NCBI RefSeq assembly: GCF_006345805.1
Contig: NC_042999.1
Location: 41,354,001 to 41,418,000 of the forward strand
Direction of reading: 5' to 3'
Origin: Octopus sinensis
Taxonomy: Eukaryota
DNA: 64,000 nt
Below the pieces are notes generated by a model. It ran no database searches and had not been told where the DNA came from. It worked only from the letters and a program-made list of their open reading frames with translations. Made by a program: the position numbers and the translations under genes. Shown piece by piece: positions 1-12,654 of this stretch; the first letter of the stretch is position 1; each line of letters begins with the position of its first letter.

Positions 1-357
1 TTCTATTTGTATGTATATACATGTTATTGTACGAAATGAATTTTTTTCTGTCCGGGATCAACCGGTTATATATCATTCCTAATCCTTGTATCCCTTTTTA
101 AAGAATCTAGAAATCCCCATATTGTTACCAACGTATCAAGCACACATGGAACCTACTGGCTTGTAAGAATTATTTAATCACACCCACTTTAGAACAAATA
201 AAAATGATTTGGAGCAATTTGGGTGTAAAGTCTATAACAATATTTAGACCTTAAATATAACATAAACTTCCAAAACTCGAGTAGTAAATTATTTATTCAA
301 TAAATGAAATTGAGAAATACTTTACATACTGGCACTTCGTCTATTTTGATGACGTGT

Positions 358-650
358 ATTCAGTTGATCTGATCAGCGGAACAACCTGCTTGTGAAATGA
401 ACGTTCAGGTGGCTGAGCACTATACTGAGACGCGTACCTTCAGCGTAGTTCTCAGGGAGATTCACCGTGACACAGCATGTAATGAGAATAACCTTTTAAA
501 ATACAGATACTATTCATTTTTGTTAGCTGAGTAGCCTGGAGCAACTTGAAATAGTGTGCCTTGTTGAAGGACAAAACACGCCGGGTATCGAACTCGCGAC
601 TTTACGATCGTGAGCCAAATACCTTAAACACTGATGCACAAGCCTTCGCA
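358..650 (-). mobile_element. tRNA-headed SINE (family E: CORE-like body plus tail shared with family B), degenerate
   Basis: The reverse complement has a tRNA-like head with a GTTCGA B-box. Body and tail match copies at 36695-37025, and the tail matches 12314-12654. Confidence 0.75.
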
Positions 651-784
651 ATAATTTATATAAAGGGTGTGGACTGTATTTGAGGACAAATTTATGGTTT
701 AAAAACGCTTATATAATAACAGAGAAAAACTGTATTTTTATAAAAATGACATAAACATAAAGCTAAATTATTAATTTAATAATT

Positions 785-1725
785 TCATTCAATAAAACCA
801 TCATAAGCAGCAATAACTGCCTCTACGCGGGGTCGAAACTGTTTACAAGCTCGGATTAGGCGGTCTTTGTTTATTTCGGACATGACTTGAACTATGGCAG
901 CTTCCAAAGAATTTTTAGTGCAATGGGGATGTTCATTGACATTTTGTTCAACGATACTCCATACATAGTAGTCCAGTGATTGGGAGGCCAAGTGTTGGGG
1001 GTAATGTGATCATGCAAATTGCCGGCTATCCATTCTCGTGTCATTCGAGCCATGTGCAGAATCTTCTTGAAAGACATAAGGCCTTCCATTGCATACACTG
1101 TTGATCCAAGGCTTAACAACTTTATACGCAGCGGCATTCACCCTAAGACGTTGTGGAAAAAAGTGAGGAGGCATCGCATGTCCATTGCTAACAACAAGTA
1201 AAACCATGATACTTGCAGGAAATTTTGGGTACATTACTCTTGGAAACTCAGAAGGGTTTGTACATAACCCTCTGTCACTTATTCTGTTAGTTTTGTGATC
1301 CTGGTCAAAAATCTGTGAAAAAACAAATCCCACCATCTTCTGATAGATTTTTAAGTCTGTTCAAAAAGTCTTTCGGATTTGATTAAGCGATTTTTCTTCT
1401 TTTTTTCCTCCTTTTTTTTTTAATGATTTGTATCTGATATCTTCATGCATAATATTTCTGATTGTTTTCTTCTGAAACACGAATTCTTTGTGAAATTGGC
1501 CTCATTGATTTTCCTGGATTGTCTTCAATGTTTTGCTTAACTACCTGAATAAATTCATGTATCCTGATAGCTAATACGCTTCCATCTTCTTTCTCCAACT
1601 CACACCGAATCTTGTGGACAAAAGATCTTGCAACTTTCAAAAAATGATTAATTGCTAAATCACTATGCTTAACCTTCAAAGCCACAATCACAGCACGCCT
1701 TCTAATTTCATTAGTAAGCACAGGG
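785..1725 (-). pseudogene. Tc1/mariner-superfamily (maT/DD37D-like) transposase, frameshifted
   Basis: Broken frames give an N-terminal HTH-like segment (EIRRRAVIVALK...ARSFVHKIR), KFPASIMV...MPPHFFPQRLRVN...VKPWI...RPYVFQED, WPPN and LDYYVWS...AC..FRPRVEAVIAA.DGFIE. These are typical maT-type catalytic-domain motifs. Confidence 0.8.
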
Positions 1726-1772
<47 letters not shown>

Positions 1773-1782
1773 GCTACAGGCT

Positions 1783-1940
1783 TGTGTGTCTCATCACCGC
1801 TGAACAATCGGTTTTGATGTGTTTATATCCCAGTAACTTAGCGGTTTGGTAAAAAGACTGATAGAATACGTGCTAGGCTTATAAAGCAAAAAAGTACTGG
1901 AGTCGATTCGTTCGTAGCCGGTGACTGAAACAATTAAAGA
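1783..1940 (+). mobile_element. SINE family A, 3' half, degenerate
   Basis: Matches the gtaacttagcggtt...gatagaata...gactgaaac part of family A copies. Confidence 0.6.
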
Positions 1941-2117
1941 TATGGTATCGCAGTCACTGATATTTTCTCTTTCTGTTTATCTCTATCACACACACACTCA
2001 CACATACACACAATTTGAGTGTCTTTCTTTACTCTATCTTTCACGTCTTTCAGGGTTTCATTATTATCTTCAACTCATTGTCCCTAAATAGCTTTAATAT
2101 CAATACTAATTTATTTT

Positions 2118-2600
2118 CTATTTCTTTACTGCCCACAAGGGGTTAAACACAGAGGGGACAAACAAGGACAGACAAACGGATCAAGTCGATTACATCGACC
2201 CCAGTGCGTAACTGGTACTTGATTTATCTAGGGCGGCGAGCTGGCAGAAACGTTAGCACGCCGGGCGAAATGCGTAGTCGTATTTCGTCTGTCGTTACGT
2301 TGTGAGTTCAAATTCCGCCGAGGTCGACTTTGCCATTCATCCTTTCGGGGCCGATAAATTAAGTACCAGTTACGCACTGGGGGTCGATGTAATCGACTTA
2401 ATACCTATGTCTGTCCTTGTTTGTCCCCTCTATGTTTAGCCCCTTGTGGGTAATAAAGAAATAGGTACTTAATTTATCGACCCCGATAGGATGAAAGGCA
2501 AAGTCGACCTCGGCGGAATTTGAACTCAGAACGTAACGACAGACGAAATACGGCTACGTATTTCGCCCGGCGGGCTAACGTTTCTGCCAGCTCGCCCCCT
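2118..2600 (-). mobile_element. SINE family D1 (outer copy), interrupted by a nested antisense D1 copy
   Basis: Head at 2600 and tail at 2118, flanked by the 15-bp TSD TACTAATTTATTTTC (2104-2118 and 2603-2617). Confidence 0.9.
2229..2463 (+). mobile_element. SINE family D1 (inner, nested copy)
   Basis: Complete head-to-tail copy flanked by TSD GGTACTT(G/A)ATTTATC (2214-2228 and 2464-2478). Confidence 0.9.
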
Positions 2601-2820
2601 TTTACTAATTTATTTTCATCTTTATTTTAATACATCATCGTTCTCCCATTTTTTTTTGTTCCCTAATCATAAGTTGTTCCCTCCGAATACTAACATTCTC
2701 CTCCTGTTCTTTCTTCTATGTAACCATTTCATATGCACGCACTTGCTCATTCACTCACTCAATCTTTATGTACATATTTATGAATCTATTTCCTTGTCAA
2801 TCTTTCAGTAAACGATCTAC

Positions 2821-2876
2821 GTATCTATCTATCTATCTATCTATCTATCTGTCTGTCTGTCTGTCTGTCTGTCTAA
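2821..2876. repeat. (TATC)n(TGTC)n microsatellite
   Basis: Direct inspection. Confidence 0.95.
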
Positions 2877-2925
2877 CTCTATCTACCTGTGGCTCAGTCT
2901 CTCACCCCCTCTCTCTCTCTCTTTC

Positions 2926-2976
2926 TGTATGTATACATACTTACATATATATATATATATATGTATGTATGTATAC

Positions 2977-3009
<33 letters not shown>

Positions 3010-3695
3010 CATATATATATATGTATGTATGTATACATATATATATATGTATGTATGTATACATATATATATGTATGTATGTATAATATATATATATATA
3101 GTATGTATGTATACATATATATATATACGTATGTATGTATACATATTATATATGTATGCATACATATACATATGTATGTATGTATACATATATATGTATT
3201 ATGTATACATATATATATATGTATGTATGTATACATATATATTATATATGTTGTATGTATACATATATATATGTATGTATGTATACATATATAATGTATG
3301 TATGTATACATATATATATATATGTATTATACATATATATATATATGTGTATGTATACATATAATATATGTATGTATGTATATATATATATATATGTATG
3401 TATGTATACATATATATATGTGTATGTATACATATATATATTTACGTATATATACTATATATATGTATGTATGTATACATATATATATATTTATGTATGT
3501 ATACAATATATTTTATGTATGTATACATATATATATGTATGTATACATATATATATGTATGTATACATATATATATATGTATGTTATGTATACATATATA
3601 TATATTTATGTATGTATACATATATATATATATGTATGTATGTATACATATATATATATGTATGTATACATATATATATATATGTATGTATGTAT

Positions 3696-3730
<35 letters not shown>

Positions 3731-3768
3731 ACATATATATATATGTATGTATGTATACATATATATAG

Positions 3769-3800
<32 letters not shown>

Positions 3801-4845
3801 TATATAATATATATATATATAATGTATGTATGTATACATATATATATGTATGTATGTTATACATATATATATATGTATGTATATATATATATAGTATGCA
3901 TACATATATATATGTATGTATGTATATATATATATATGTATGTATGTATACATATATATATGTATGTATACATATATATATGTACGTATATATACATATA
4001 TATATATATGTGTATGTATACATATATATATATTTATGTATGTATACATATATATATATTTATGTATGTATACATATATATATATTTATGTATGTATACA
4101 TATATATATATGTATGTATACATATATATATATGTATGTATACATATATATATATGTATGTATGTATACATATATATATATGTATGTATGTATACATATA
4201 TATATATGTATGTATGTATACATATATATATATACGTATGTATGTATACATATATATATATACGTATGTATGTATACATATATATATATGTATGCATACA
4301 TATACATATGTATGTATGTATACATATATATGTATGTATGTATACATATATATATATGTATGTATGTATACATATATATATATATATATATATGTATGTA
4401 TACATATATATATGTATGTATGTATACATATATATATGTATGTATGTATACATATATATATATATATGTATGTATACATATATATATATATGTATGCATA
4501 CATATATATATGTATGTATGTATATATATATATATATGTATGTATGTATACATATATATATGTGTATGTATACATATATATATTTACGTATATATACATA
4601 TATATATGTATGTATGTATACATATATATATATATTTATGTATGTATACATATATATATTTATGTATGTATACATATATATATGTATGTATACATATATA
4701 TATATGTATGTATACATATATATATATGTATGTATGTATACATATATATATATGTATGTATGTATACATATATATATATATGTATGTATGTATACATATA
4801 TATATATGTATGTATACATATATATATATATGTATGTATGTATAC

Positions 4846-4879
<34 letters not shown>

Positions 4880-5392
4880 ACATATATATATATGTATGTA
4901 TGTATACATATATATATGTATGTATGTATACATATATATATGTATGTATGTATACATATATATATGTATGTATGTATACATATATATATGTATGTATGTA
5001 TACATATATATATGTATGTATGTATACATATATATATGTATGTATGTATACATATATATATATGTATGTATACATATATATATATGTATGCATACATATA
5101 TATATGTATGTATGTATATATATATATATATGTATGTATGTATACATATATATATATGTATGTATACATATATATATGTACGTATATATACATATATATA
5201 TGTATGTATGTATACATATATATATATTTATGTATGTATACATATATATATATTTATGTATGTATACATATATATATATTTATGTATGTATACATATATA
5301 TATATGTATGTATACATATATATATATGTATGTATACATATATATATATGTATGTATGTATACATATATATATATGTATGTATGTATACATA
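2926..5392. repeat. ~2.5-kb compound TA/TATG array (unit roughly TATGTATGTATACATATATA)
   Basis: Direct inspection; the source of the YIYI/MYV pseudo-ORFs. Confidence 0.97.
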
Positions 5393-7970
5393 GAAGAAGT
5401 TCTAACCACATTAGAACAACACATAAGTGTACTTCTCATGGGAGACTTCAATCTACCGAATGTCAGATGGCCCGAGGGCCTTTCTCTCCCAGGAATGACA
5501 AGATGTGAACGAGGACAGGCGAGGTCCCTCCTGAACCTCACCAACACCCTGTACATGGAGCAAGTAATACTCCAACCAACCAGAGCGGGTAACACACTGG
5601 ATCTCTGCTTCACAAATAATATGGATCTCATCCATAATGTGAAAGTGACACCGACACTACTCTCGGATCACAACATGGTAGAGCTGACCATGTACGGGCC
5701 AAAAGAGAGCACGGACATGCAGCCTACAAGAAACCCTCAGAGTCTTTCCAGCTTGAACTTCAATAAGGCAAACTGGAAACAAATTGAGAAAGAGATCCTC
5801 AAACAAAACTGGCCTGAATGTCTCTCCTCGCCGGACATCGACATGATACTTCAACAATTCATGTCTGTAATGCAAGCCATATGCTGCAGATGTGTCCCAG
5901 AGAGAAAGGCCACTGTACACAGGAACAAAATCCCCAGAGAGAGAAAAATTTTAATGAGACGGCGCACAAAAATCTCAAATCGCCTAAACAAACAAATTGA
6001 AAGCAGTGAAAAGTCCCGCCTGAAAATAAAACTGTTGGAAATTGAAAATTGTCTGCAACTCTCCCATGAGAAGGAAAGAGCAGACAAAGAAGCCTGGGCT
6101 ATAGACAACATAAAAACTAACCCCAGAGCTTTCTACAGGTATGCCAAAGAAACAGCTACGGTGCACTGTAGGATAGGGCCACTCCTTGAAAAGGATGGCA
6201 CACTCACAGGAAAACCAATGAGGGTAAGTGAAATACTGAATGAACAATTCAAGAGTGTTTTCACTCCACCCCTTGGGCATTTCCAAATCAGCAATCCAAC
6301 TGACTTTTTTACCACTGCAGATATAGAATCAGAGGCGGCGACGTTAAATTACATCGATATAAAGGAAGATGATGTAATAAAGGCTATAGATGAAATGAAA
6401 ATAGACTCAGCTATTGGCCCCGATGGATTCCCGGCAATCCTCCTAAAAGTATGTAAGAGAGTCTTAGCAAGACCACTGCAGTTCCTCTTTCAGAGCTTCC
6501 TTGCAGCTGGCAAACTTCCAAGAAAACTGAAGGAAGGTAAAATATGCCCTATTCATAAAGGAGGTAGCAGAGCGGAGGCCAAGAACTACAGACCTATCTC
6601 TCTGACCTCACACATCAGCAAGGTCATGGAACGAATAGTCAGAAGGAAACTAATCACCTTCCTTGAAGAAAATGACTTGCTGCCTGACACCCAACATGGT
6701 TCCGACCAGGAAGAAGCTGCTTAACTCAGCTCCTGCAGCACTATGACTGGGTGCTGAAACAACTGCTCAACCACTCAAATGTGGAAGTCATATATCTCGA
6801 CTTCGCAAAGGCCTTCGATAAAGTCGATCATGGAATGATATGTCACAAACTGCGTGATCTTGGCATAGTTGGAAAACTAGGAGAATGGCTTCACGACTTT
6901 CTGAAGAATAGAAGTCAGGTGGTAGTAGCCAATGGGGCCACTTCCATTAGCACGCAAATAGTGAGCGGTGTTCCACAGGGCACTGTTTTGGGACCACTAC
7001 TGTTCATAATGGCCCTCTCAGACATGCCCTCAGCCACGCGGAGAGCCACGATCACAAGTTATGCAGATGATACAAAAGTTTCACAGGCAATACAGAACCC
7101 TGAAGACACTAGGCACCTGCAATATGAGCTGGACGAAATTTACCAGTGGGCTGAAAAGAATAGCATGCAATTCAATGCTGAAAAGTTTCAAGCTTTATAC
7201 TATCAGCATGCAAAACTGAATGCAATACCCAAGGAATACACTGGACCCGGAGGGATTGCAATCCCAGAGGCACAATCAGTGCGTGACCTGGGTATTCACA
7301 TGAGTGATGACGCGACCTTTCATGTACATGTTGCTAAACTGACAGTGAAATGCAGACGCCTGGCTGGATGGATTCTTAGAACCTTTAGAACAAGAGAACA
7401 AGAAACATGATGGTCCTCTGGAAGACACTTGTCCTAAGTCACTTTGACTATTGCTCTCAGCTATGGTCACCATCCAGTGTCAAGTTGATCACAGAACTTG
7501 AGGCGATCCAACGAAGCTACACGAAGAAGATAGCCTCTATGCAGAATGTAAGCTACTGGGAAAGACTCAAGAGATTAAAATTATATTCCCTGGAGCGTAG
7601 GCGGGAAAGATATGCCATAATATACATCTGGAAGATCCTGGAGGGAAGTGTCCTGAACTTTGGCATCGAGAGTTACGCAAACGCCAGAACTGGGCGCCAC
7701 TGCGTGGTGCCTAGGACTCCAAACTTGCCATCAAGATGTAGGACAAGATTCTGTGATAGCCTGGGCTTCCGAGGCCCACAGCTCTTCAATATCCTCCCGA
7801 TGAACCTGAGAGACCTGCATGGGGTGGATACAGATGTCTTTAAAATGGAGCTGGATCTCTTCCTGTCAGGTGTCCCAGATGAACCAACTTCACGGCAGGA
7901 GGGGCAGATGAGGGCAGCTGCATCGAACTCTCTCATGCACCAAATAGCAGTTGCTAGAAAGCCTCCATGA
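5393..7970 (+). pseudogene. CR1 ORF2 (partial APE plus RT), 859 codons if two 1-bp deletions (~6700, ~7407) are repaired
   Basis: ORFs ending at 6724, 7410 and 7970 join into QHG(F)[11 protein letters not shown] and ET(M)MVLW with one base added at each break. No internal in-frame stops. Confidence 0.85.
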
Positions 7971-8063
7971 AGTGAAACCAAGTAGCAACACCAAATGGCG
8001 GTGCCCCAGCATGGCCACAGCTCATGAGCTGAAACTGGAATCAATCAATCAATCAATCAATCA
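5393..8063 (+). mobile_element. 5'-truncated CR1-clade LINE with (TCAA)n tail
   Basis: APE C-terminal motifs (GDFNLP, PTR..NTLDL, SDHN) and RT motifs ([40 protein letters not shown]). CR1-like C-terminus (LYSLERRRER), short 3' UTR and (TCAA)n at 8040-8063. Confidence 0.9.
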
Positions 8064-8445
8064 TACATATATATATATGTATGTATGTATACATATATAT
8101 ATATATACGTATGTATGTATACATATATATATATGTATGTATACATATATATATATATGTATGTATGTATACATATATATATATATGTATGTATGTATAC
8201 ATATATATATATATATGTATGTATGTATACATATATATATATATGTATGTATGTATACATATATATATATGTATGTATGTATACATATATATATATATGT
8301 ATGTATGTATACATATATATATATGTATGTATGTATACATATATATATGTATGTATGTATACATATATATGTATGTATGTATATATATATATATGTATGT
8401 ATGTATATATATATATATGTATGTATGTATATGTATATGTATATA
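8064..8445. repeat. TA/TATG array, continuation of the array left of the CR1
   Basis: Same unit as 2926-5392. Confidence 0.95.
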
Positions 8446-8784
8446 CATGCGTGTGTCTCAAGCATACAGATGTGTGTGAATCCCTGAAAGCAATACAATA
8501 AGTTGCCCTCCTACATGTGGAAGAGATTAATCTTGAATCACCTAATTGAATCCCTGCTATACCTGCTCTGTTGCTGCCAACTATCATCATATTACAATTT
8601 ATTTATCCCTAGGTGGCCAATACAAATCCTGTTGTGAATGGCGAAATTCTGTCATCGAAAATTGAAATAACTTTCAGGAGAAATAATAATTCAAATGACA
8701 GCTTCACATCTGAAGCCAATCCTTATACATATCCGTATACTCGAACTCAGCTATACACATATATAGAGAAACCGATAATAGGTT

Positions 8785-8801
8785 TGTGTATGTGTGTGTG
8801 T

Positions 8802-8883
<82 letters not shown>

Positions 8884-8901
8884 CTGTGTGTGTGTGTGTG
8901 T
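8785..8901. repeat. (TG)n microsatellite
   Basis: Direct inspection. Confidence 0.95.
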
Positions 8902-9917
8902 AGTTATGATAGATAGCTAGATAGGCATACAGACGTGTCAGAAAATGCAGTTAGCTGAGTTGATGAAGTGGCATTATTGAGACCACGTGTTAACAATTCA
9001 TTTTGTGCGACACGTGATGTACAACACGTAATGTAGACTTATATAATGCGCGTGTATATATATATATAGTTTGTCTTCCAGTCTGCCTTGTTGTCCATTG
9101 TTTTAAGGAGAAACCATCTGCTCATAAATTTAGAATCCTTCAACAGCCGTGCTATCGCCTTAACTGATAAGGAAGATGTTGAACAACATAGCACTAGATA
9201 TGCACACAAAAAAAAAAAGACTGAAGAATAGCAACTTAACTTGTTGCAGAAGTGGATTGCAATTTACTGCTAAAAGTAGGTGAGCTTTGCATAATTTGTG
9301 ATTGCTTAGCAGTATGAAGTTAAAGTGGAGTTCAAATTACGATACACTTTATATAATATGAAGAAATATCTTAGTTTATCATGGAATACCTTCATTTACT
9401 TCGATGCTTTTCATTACAGTGGTGTTTATCTAATTAAAAGCTCTGTTGTGCATACAAATCAAAATTATTTCACTTCATAGCATTCCATAGCAATAATTAC
9501 TCTGGAAGCGTTGCAAAGTGAAATAGTGAAGTGTGGGATTTTTTTTTTTTGTTACAATGGTAGCGAATTATATAGAAAGAATTATGTTTCAAATCTCATA
9601 GAAACTGATCGCTACTGATTCAGTTCTTTCGAAAGCGTGTTATATATTCTTGTCCGTTAGGATTGTCTAAGTAGTGAAGAAGTATCACGAATATCAGAAT
9701 GGTTGCATAGTTTCACGACATACGTAAGTAAAAATAGATAGATAGATAGATAGATAGATAGAATGATAGACAGACAGACAGGTAGGTAGGTAGGTGGGTG
9801 GGTGGGTATGTAGGTAGGTAGGTAAGAAGGTAGGTAGGTAGGTAGGGAGGGAGGTTGATTGATCCATTCATTTTGCGATTATGCTGTTGTGACGTGCGAT
9901 GATACGAAAAAGTAGAT

Positions 9918-10098
9918 AAGTTTCTTTATTGGCCACACAGGGCTGCACACAGATGGGACAAGTTACAAGGTAGAGCTTTTCTTTTGGGGGTTGAAAAAAA
10001 CAAAAAACAAAAGAAACGAAAAAAAAGGGATGGCGTAGGTTTTCGATCAAGAGGGATCGTAAAAGGGAAGAAAAGAACAAAAATAAATAAATAAATAA
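9918..10098 (-). mobile_element. 3'-terminal fragment of the Tx1-clade LINE
   Basis: tttctttattggccacacagggctgcacacagat...caaggtagagcttttctttt matches 50870-50935. It is adjacent to GATA/GGTA arrays at 9735-9850 and 10100-10158. Confidence 0.85.
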
Positions 10099-11347
10099 AA
10101 TAGATAGATGGATAGATAGATAGATACATAGATAGGTAGATAGGTAGGTAGGTAGGTACTTTGATTGATGCATTCATTTTGGGTTCATAATTTTGTGAAG
10201 AGCAATGATACAAAAAATGTTCTCGAAACTGTTAAATAAAGTCGCATAAGATGTATTCAGGGCAGATCTGTCATTTACATTTATTCGGAGACCTATTTGT
10301 CGAAAGACCTTTGGCTTATTACACTCCAAAGTTTCTGTCATTTCCTGTCTTAAATCAGGTATTGTTTATTTGGTATTTAACTCTAATTTTAAATTTCAAT
10401 AATAGCAGCAATTTATCAATTTACTTCGTGCCATGGTTCACTTACCATGAAAATCAATGACAATACTACATTGAAATTTTAAGTTGATGCCGTTACACGT
10501 CGAAATTACACGATTTTTAAAGGTTCTTATTTCAAGGTTCGGTGCATAAATTTATGTATTTTCACAATATAGTTTCATCATGTTAATGATTTCGATTGTA
10601 TTCTATATCTTTCAATGTTTAAAATCTAATGTAGAAACGTGTTTCATTGTGCGCCCGCACACACATACACACATATTTAAATATCGATAGATAGAAAGTT
10701 AGATAGATAGATAGATAGATAGATAGATACATTGTCAGAATCACGCTTGGAATATCAAATGATGTCGTTGAAATATACGCAACAGTGGCCGTACATACAG
10801 AACAAATGATACATATTCATGTTTATCATAATCTCTCTCTCTCTCTCTCCCATATATGTACATGCGTGTGTGTGTGTGTATGTATACTATGTATATATAT
10901 ACACACACACATGTGCGCGTATAAACACACCCACACCATTACACACACATATATATTTGCATATATTGGCTCAGAAATTGCATTTCTCTAAAATCCATAG
11001 TGGAATAAAATGCGCTGATTATTTATGTCCTCATTCCAATCAAATGGTTTCTGACTTAACGAATATGTCACGATTCTTAATAATGTCTCTATTCATCAAT
11101 CATTTCTTCTTTTGTGGATAATGTAAAACATCGGTATATTCCATTTTAATAGAAGCACTAATGCTTATTTAGAAAATGGTGTCACTATAATATATGATCG
11201 GAAGGGGCTATTAGACATTGTATTTTATTTTCCTTGAAAGATCAAATACGATTCCAGTTGTATTTCAACACAGAACCCAGGGGAGAGAAACTAAACATTT
11301 TGACTACATAATATGATGTTACATTGTTTTCTCTGCTACTATAACGC

Positions 11348-11685
11348 CTCTGAGACCCCCTTCGGTCACGACACAGACCATGGGATGGCACCGAGAAAGC
11401 CACCTTCCCGGGCACAAGTCCGGGTAAGGTTGTTTATGGAAGACCAGCAGTCGTCCATGCATACCCGTGTCCCCTCTCCACGCCACCAGTGATATCCAAG
11501 GGAAAGGCAAAAGCCGATACAGCTTGGCACCTGTAACGTCGCAACTCATTTCTACAGCTGAGTGAACTGGGGCAACAGGAAATAAAGTATCTTGCTCAAG
11601 ACCACAACACGCAGCCCGGTCCGGGATTCGAGCTCACAACCTCACGATCGTAAGCTCGACGCTCTAACCACTGAGCTATACGCTG
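11348..11685 (-). mobile_element. SINE family C
   Basis: Reverse complement of the copies at 16386-16722 and 60940-61272, with a tRNA-like head. Confidence 0.85.
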
Positions 11686-12313
11686 TCTACATTTCCCCTC
11701 TACATTTCTATTAATTGCATGATGACCACACTTTTGTTCAGTTCTGTCTTTAATTAAAACACCACGCTTTACAAATCCCCATGCCACAAATATAAATAAA
11801 ATCAGATCGTTTTAATCAAACAAGAAGCTAATTCTACACGATAGTTTATCTTCCATACTTGTTTGTACTATACTTTCTATATTTTTAAAAAATGCCATGT
11901 ATGTTTAGTTTGCTATGTAAAAATTTGGTTACCTTAAAGCTAATTATAATAGAGGTAACTTATTAACAAATCTGAGATATAATGAATGCTGATGTAAGTA
12001 ATTTAAATCTTTTTGGGGTATTTAATTTTCTGTTAAATATTATAATACAAGTTGTTTTTAGATTCTGCCAATTAACCTGTATCGGAATTTCCATTAAACA
12101 TCTTCAACCTGCTTGTTTTCATATTTATTATTCACTGTTAATAAACATTTAGAATAACATGCATATGCATAGTCACCGCAGCACAAAAGCCACAACCAAA
12201 TTCCATTACAGTAACAGACACCCACATAGACGATCACTGTAGTATTCACATGCTATGTGTGTGTGTGCGTGTGTGTGTGTATTTATGTTTAAATAAATAT
12301 ATTTACATATGAG

Positions 12314-12654
12314 TGGAGGCGCAATGGCCCAGTGGTTAGGGCAGCGGACTCGCGGTCATAGGATCGAAACACCTAAAAGCTCCACGAGGCTCCGGCAGGG
12401 GATGGTGGTGATCCCTGCTGTACTCTTTCACCACAACTTTCTCACACTCTTACTTCCTGTTTCTGTTGTACCTGTATTTCAAAGGGCCGGCCTTGTCACT
12501 CTCTGTGTCACGCTGAATATCCCTGAGAACTACGTTAGGGGTACACGTGTCTGTGGAGTGCTCAGCCACTTACACGTTAATTTCACGAGCAGGCTGTTCC
12601 GTTGATTCGGATCAACCGGAACCCTCATCGTCGTAACCGACGGAGTGCTTCCTT
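12314..12654 (+). mobile_element. SINE family B
   Basis: tRNA-like head (TGGCCCAGTGGTTAGG) and 14-bp TSD TATTTACATATGAG (12300-12313 and 12655-12668). Matches 46552-46921. Confidence 0.9.

Noticed and set aside
2768-5393. Very long ORFs such as 3135-5393 and the N-terminal part of 3368-6724 (YIYIY/MYVC)
   Set aside because: These are translations of TA/TATG repeats, which lack stop codons. Only the part from 5393 onward is real (CR1).
9108-9280. Possible plus-strand exon ending AG|GTGAGC
   Set aside because: An open frame needs an indel in an A-run, there is no recognisable product, and no partner exons were found.
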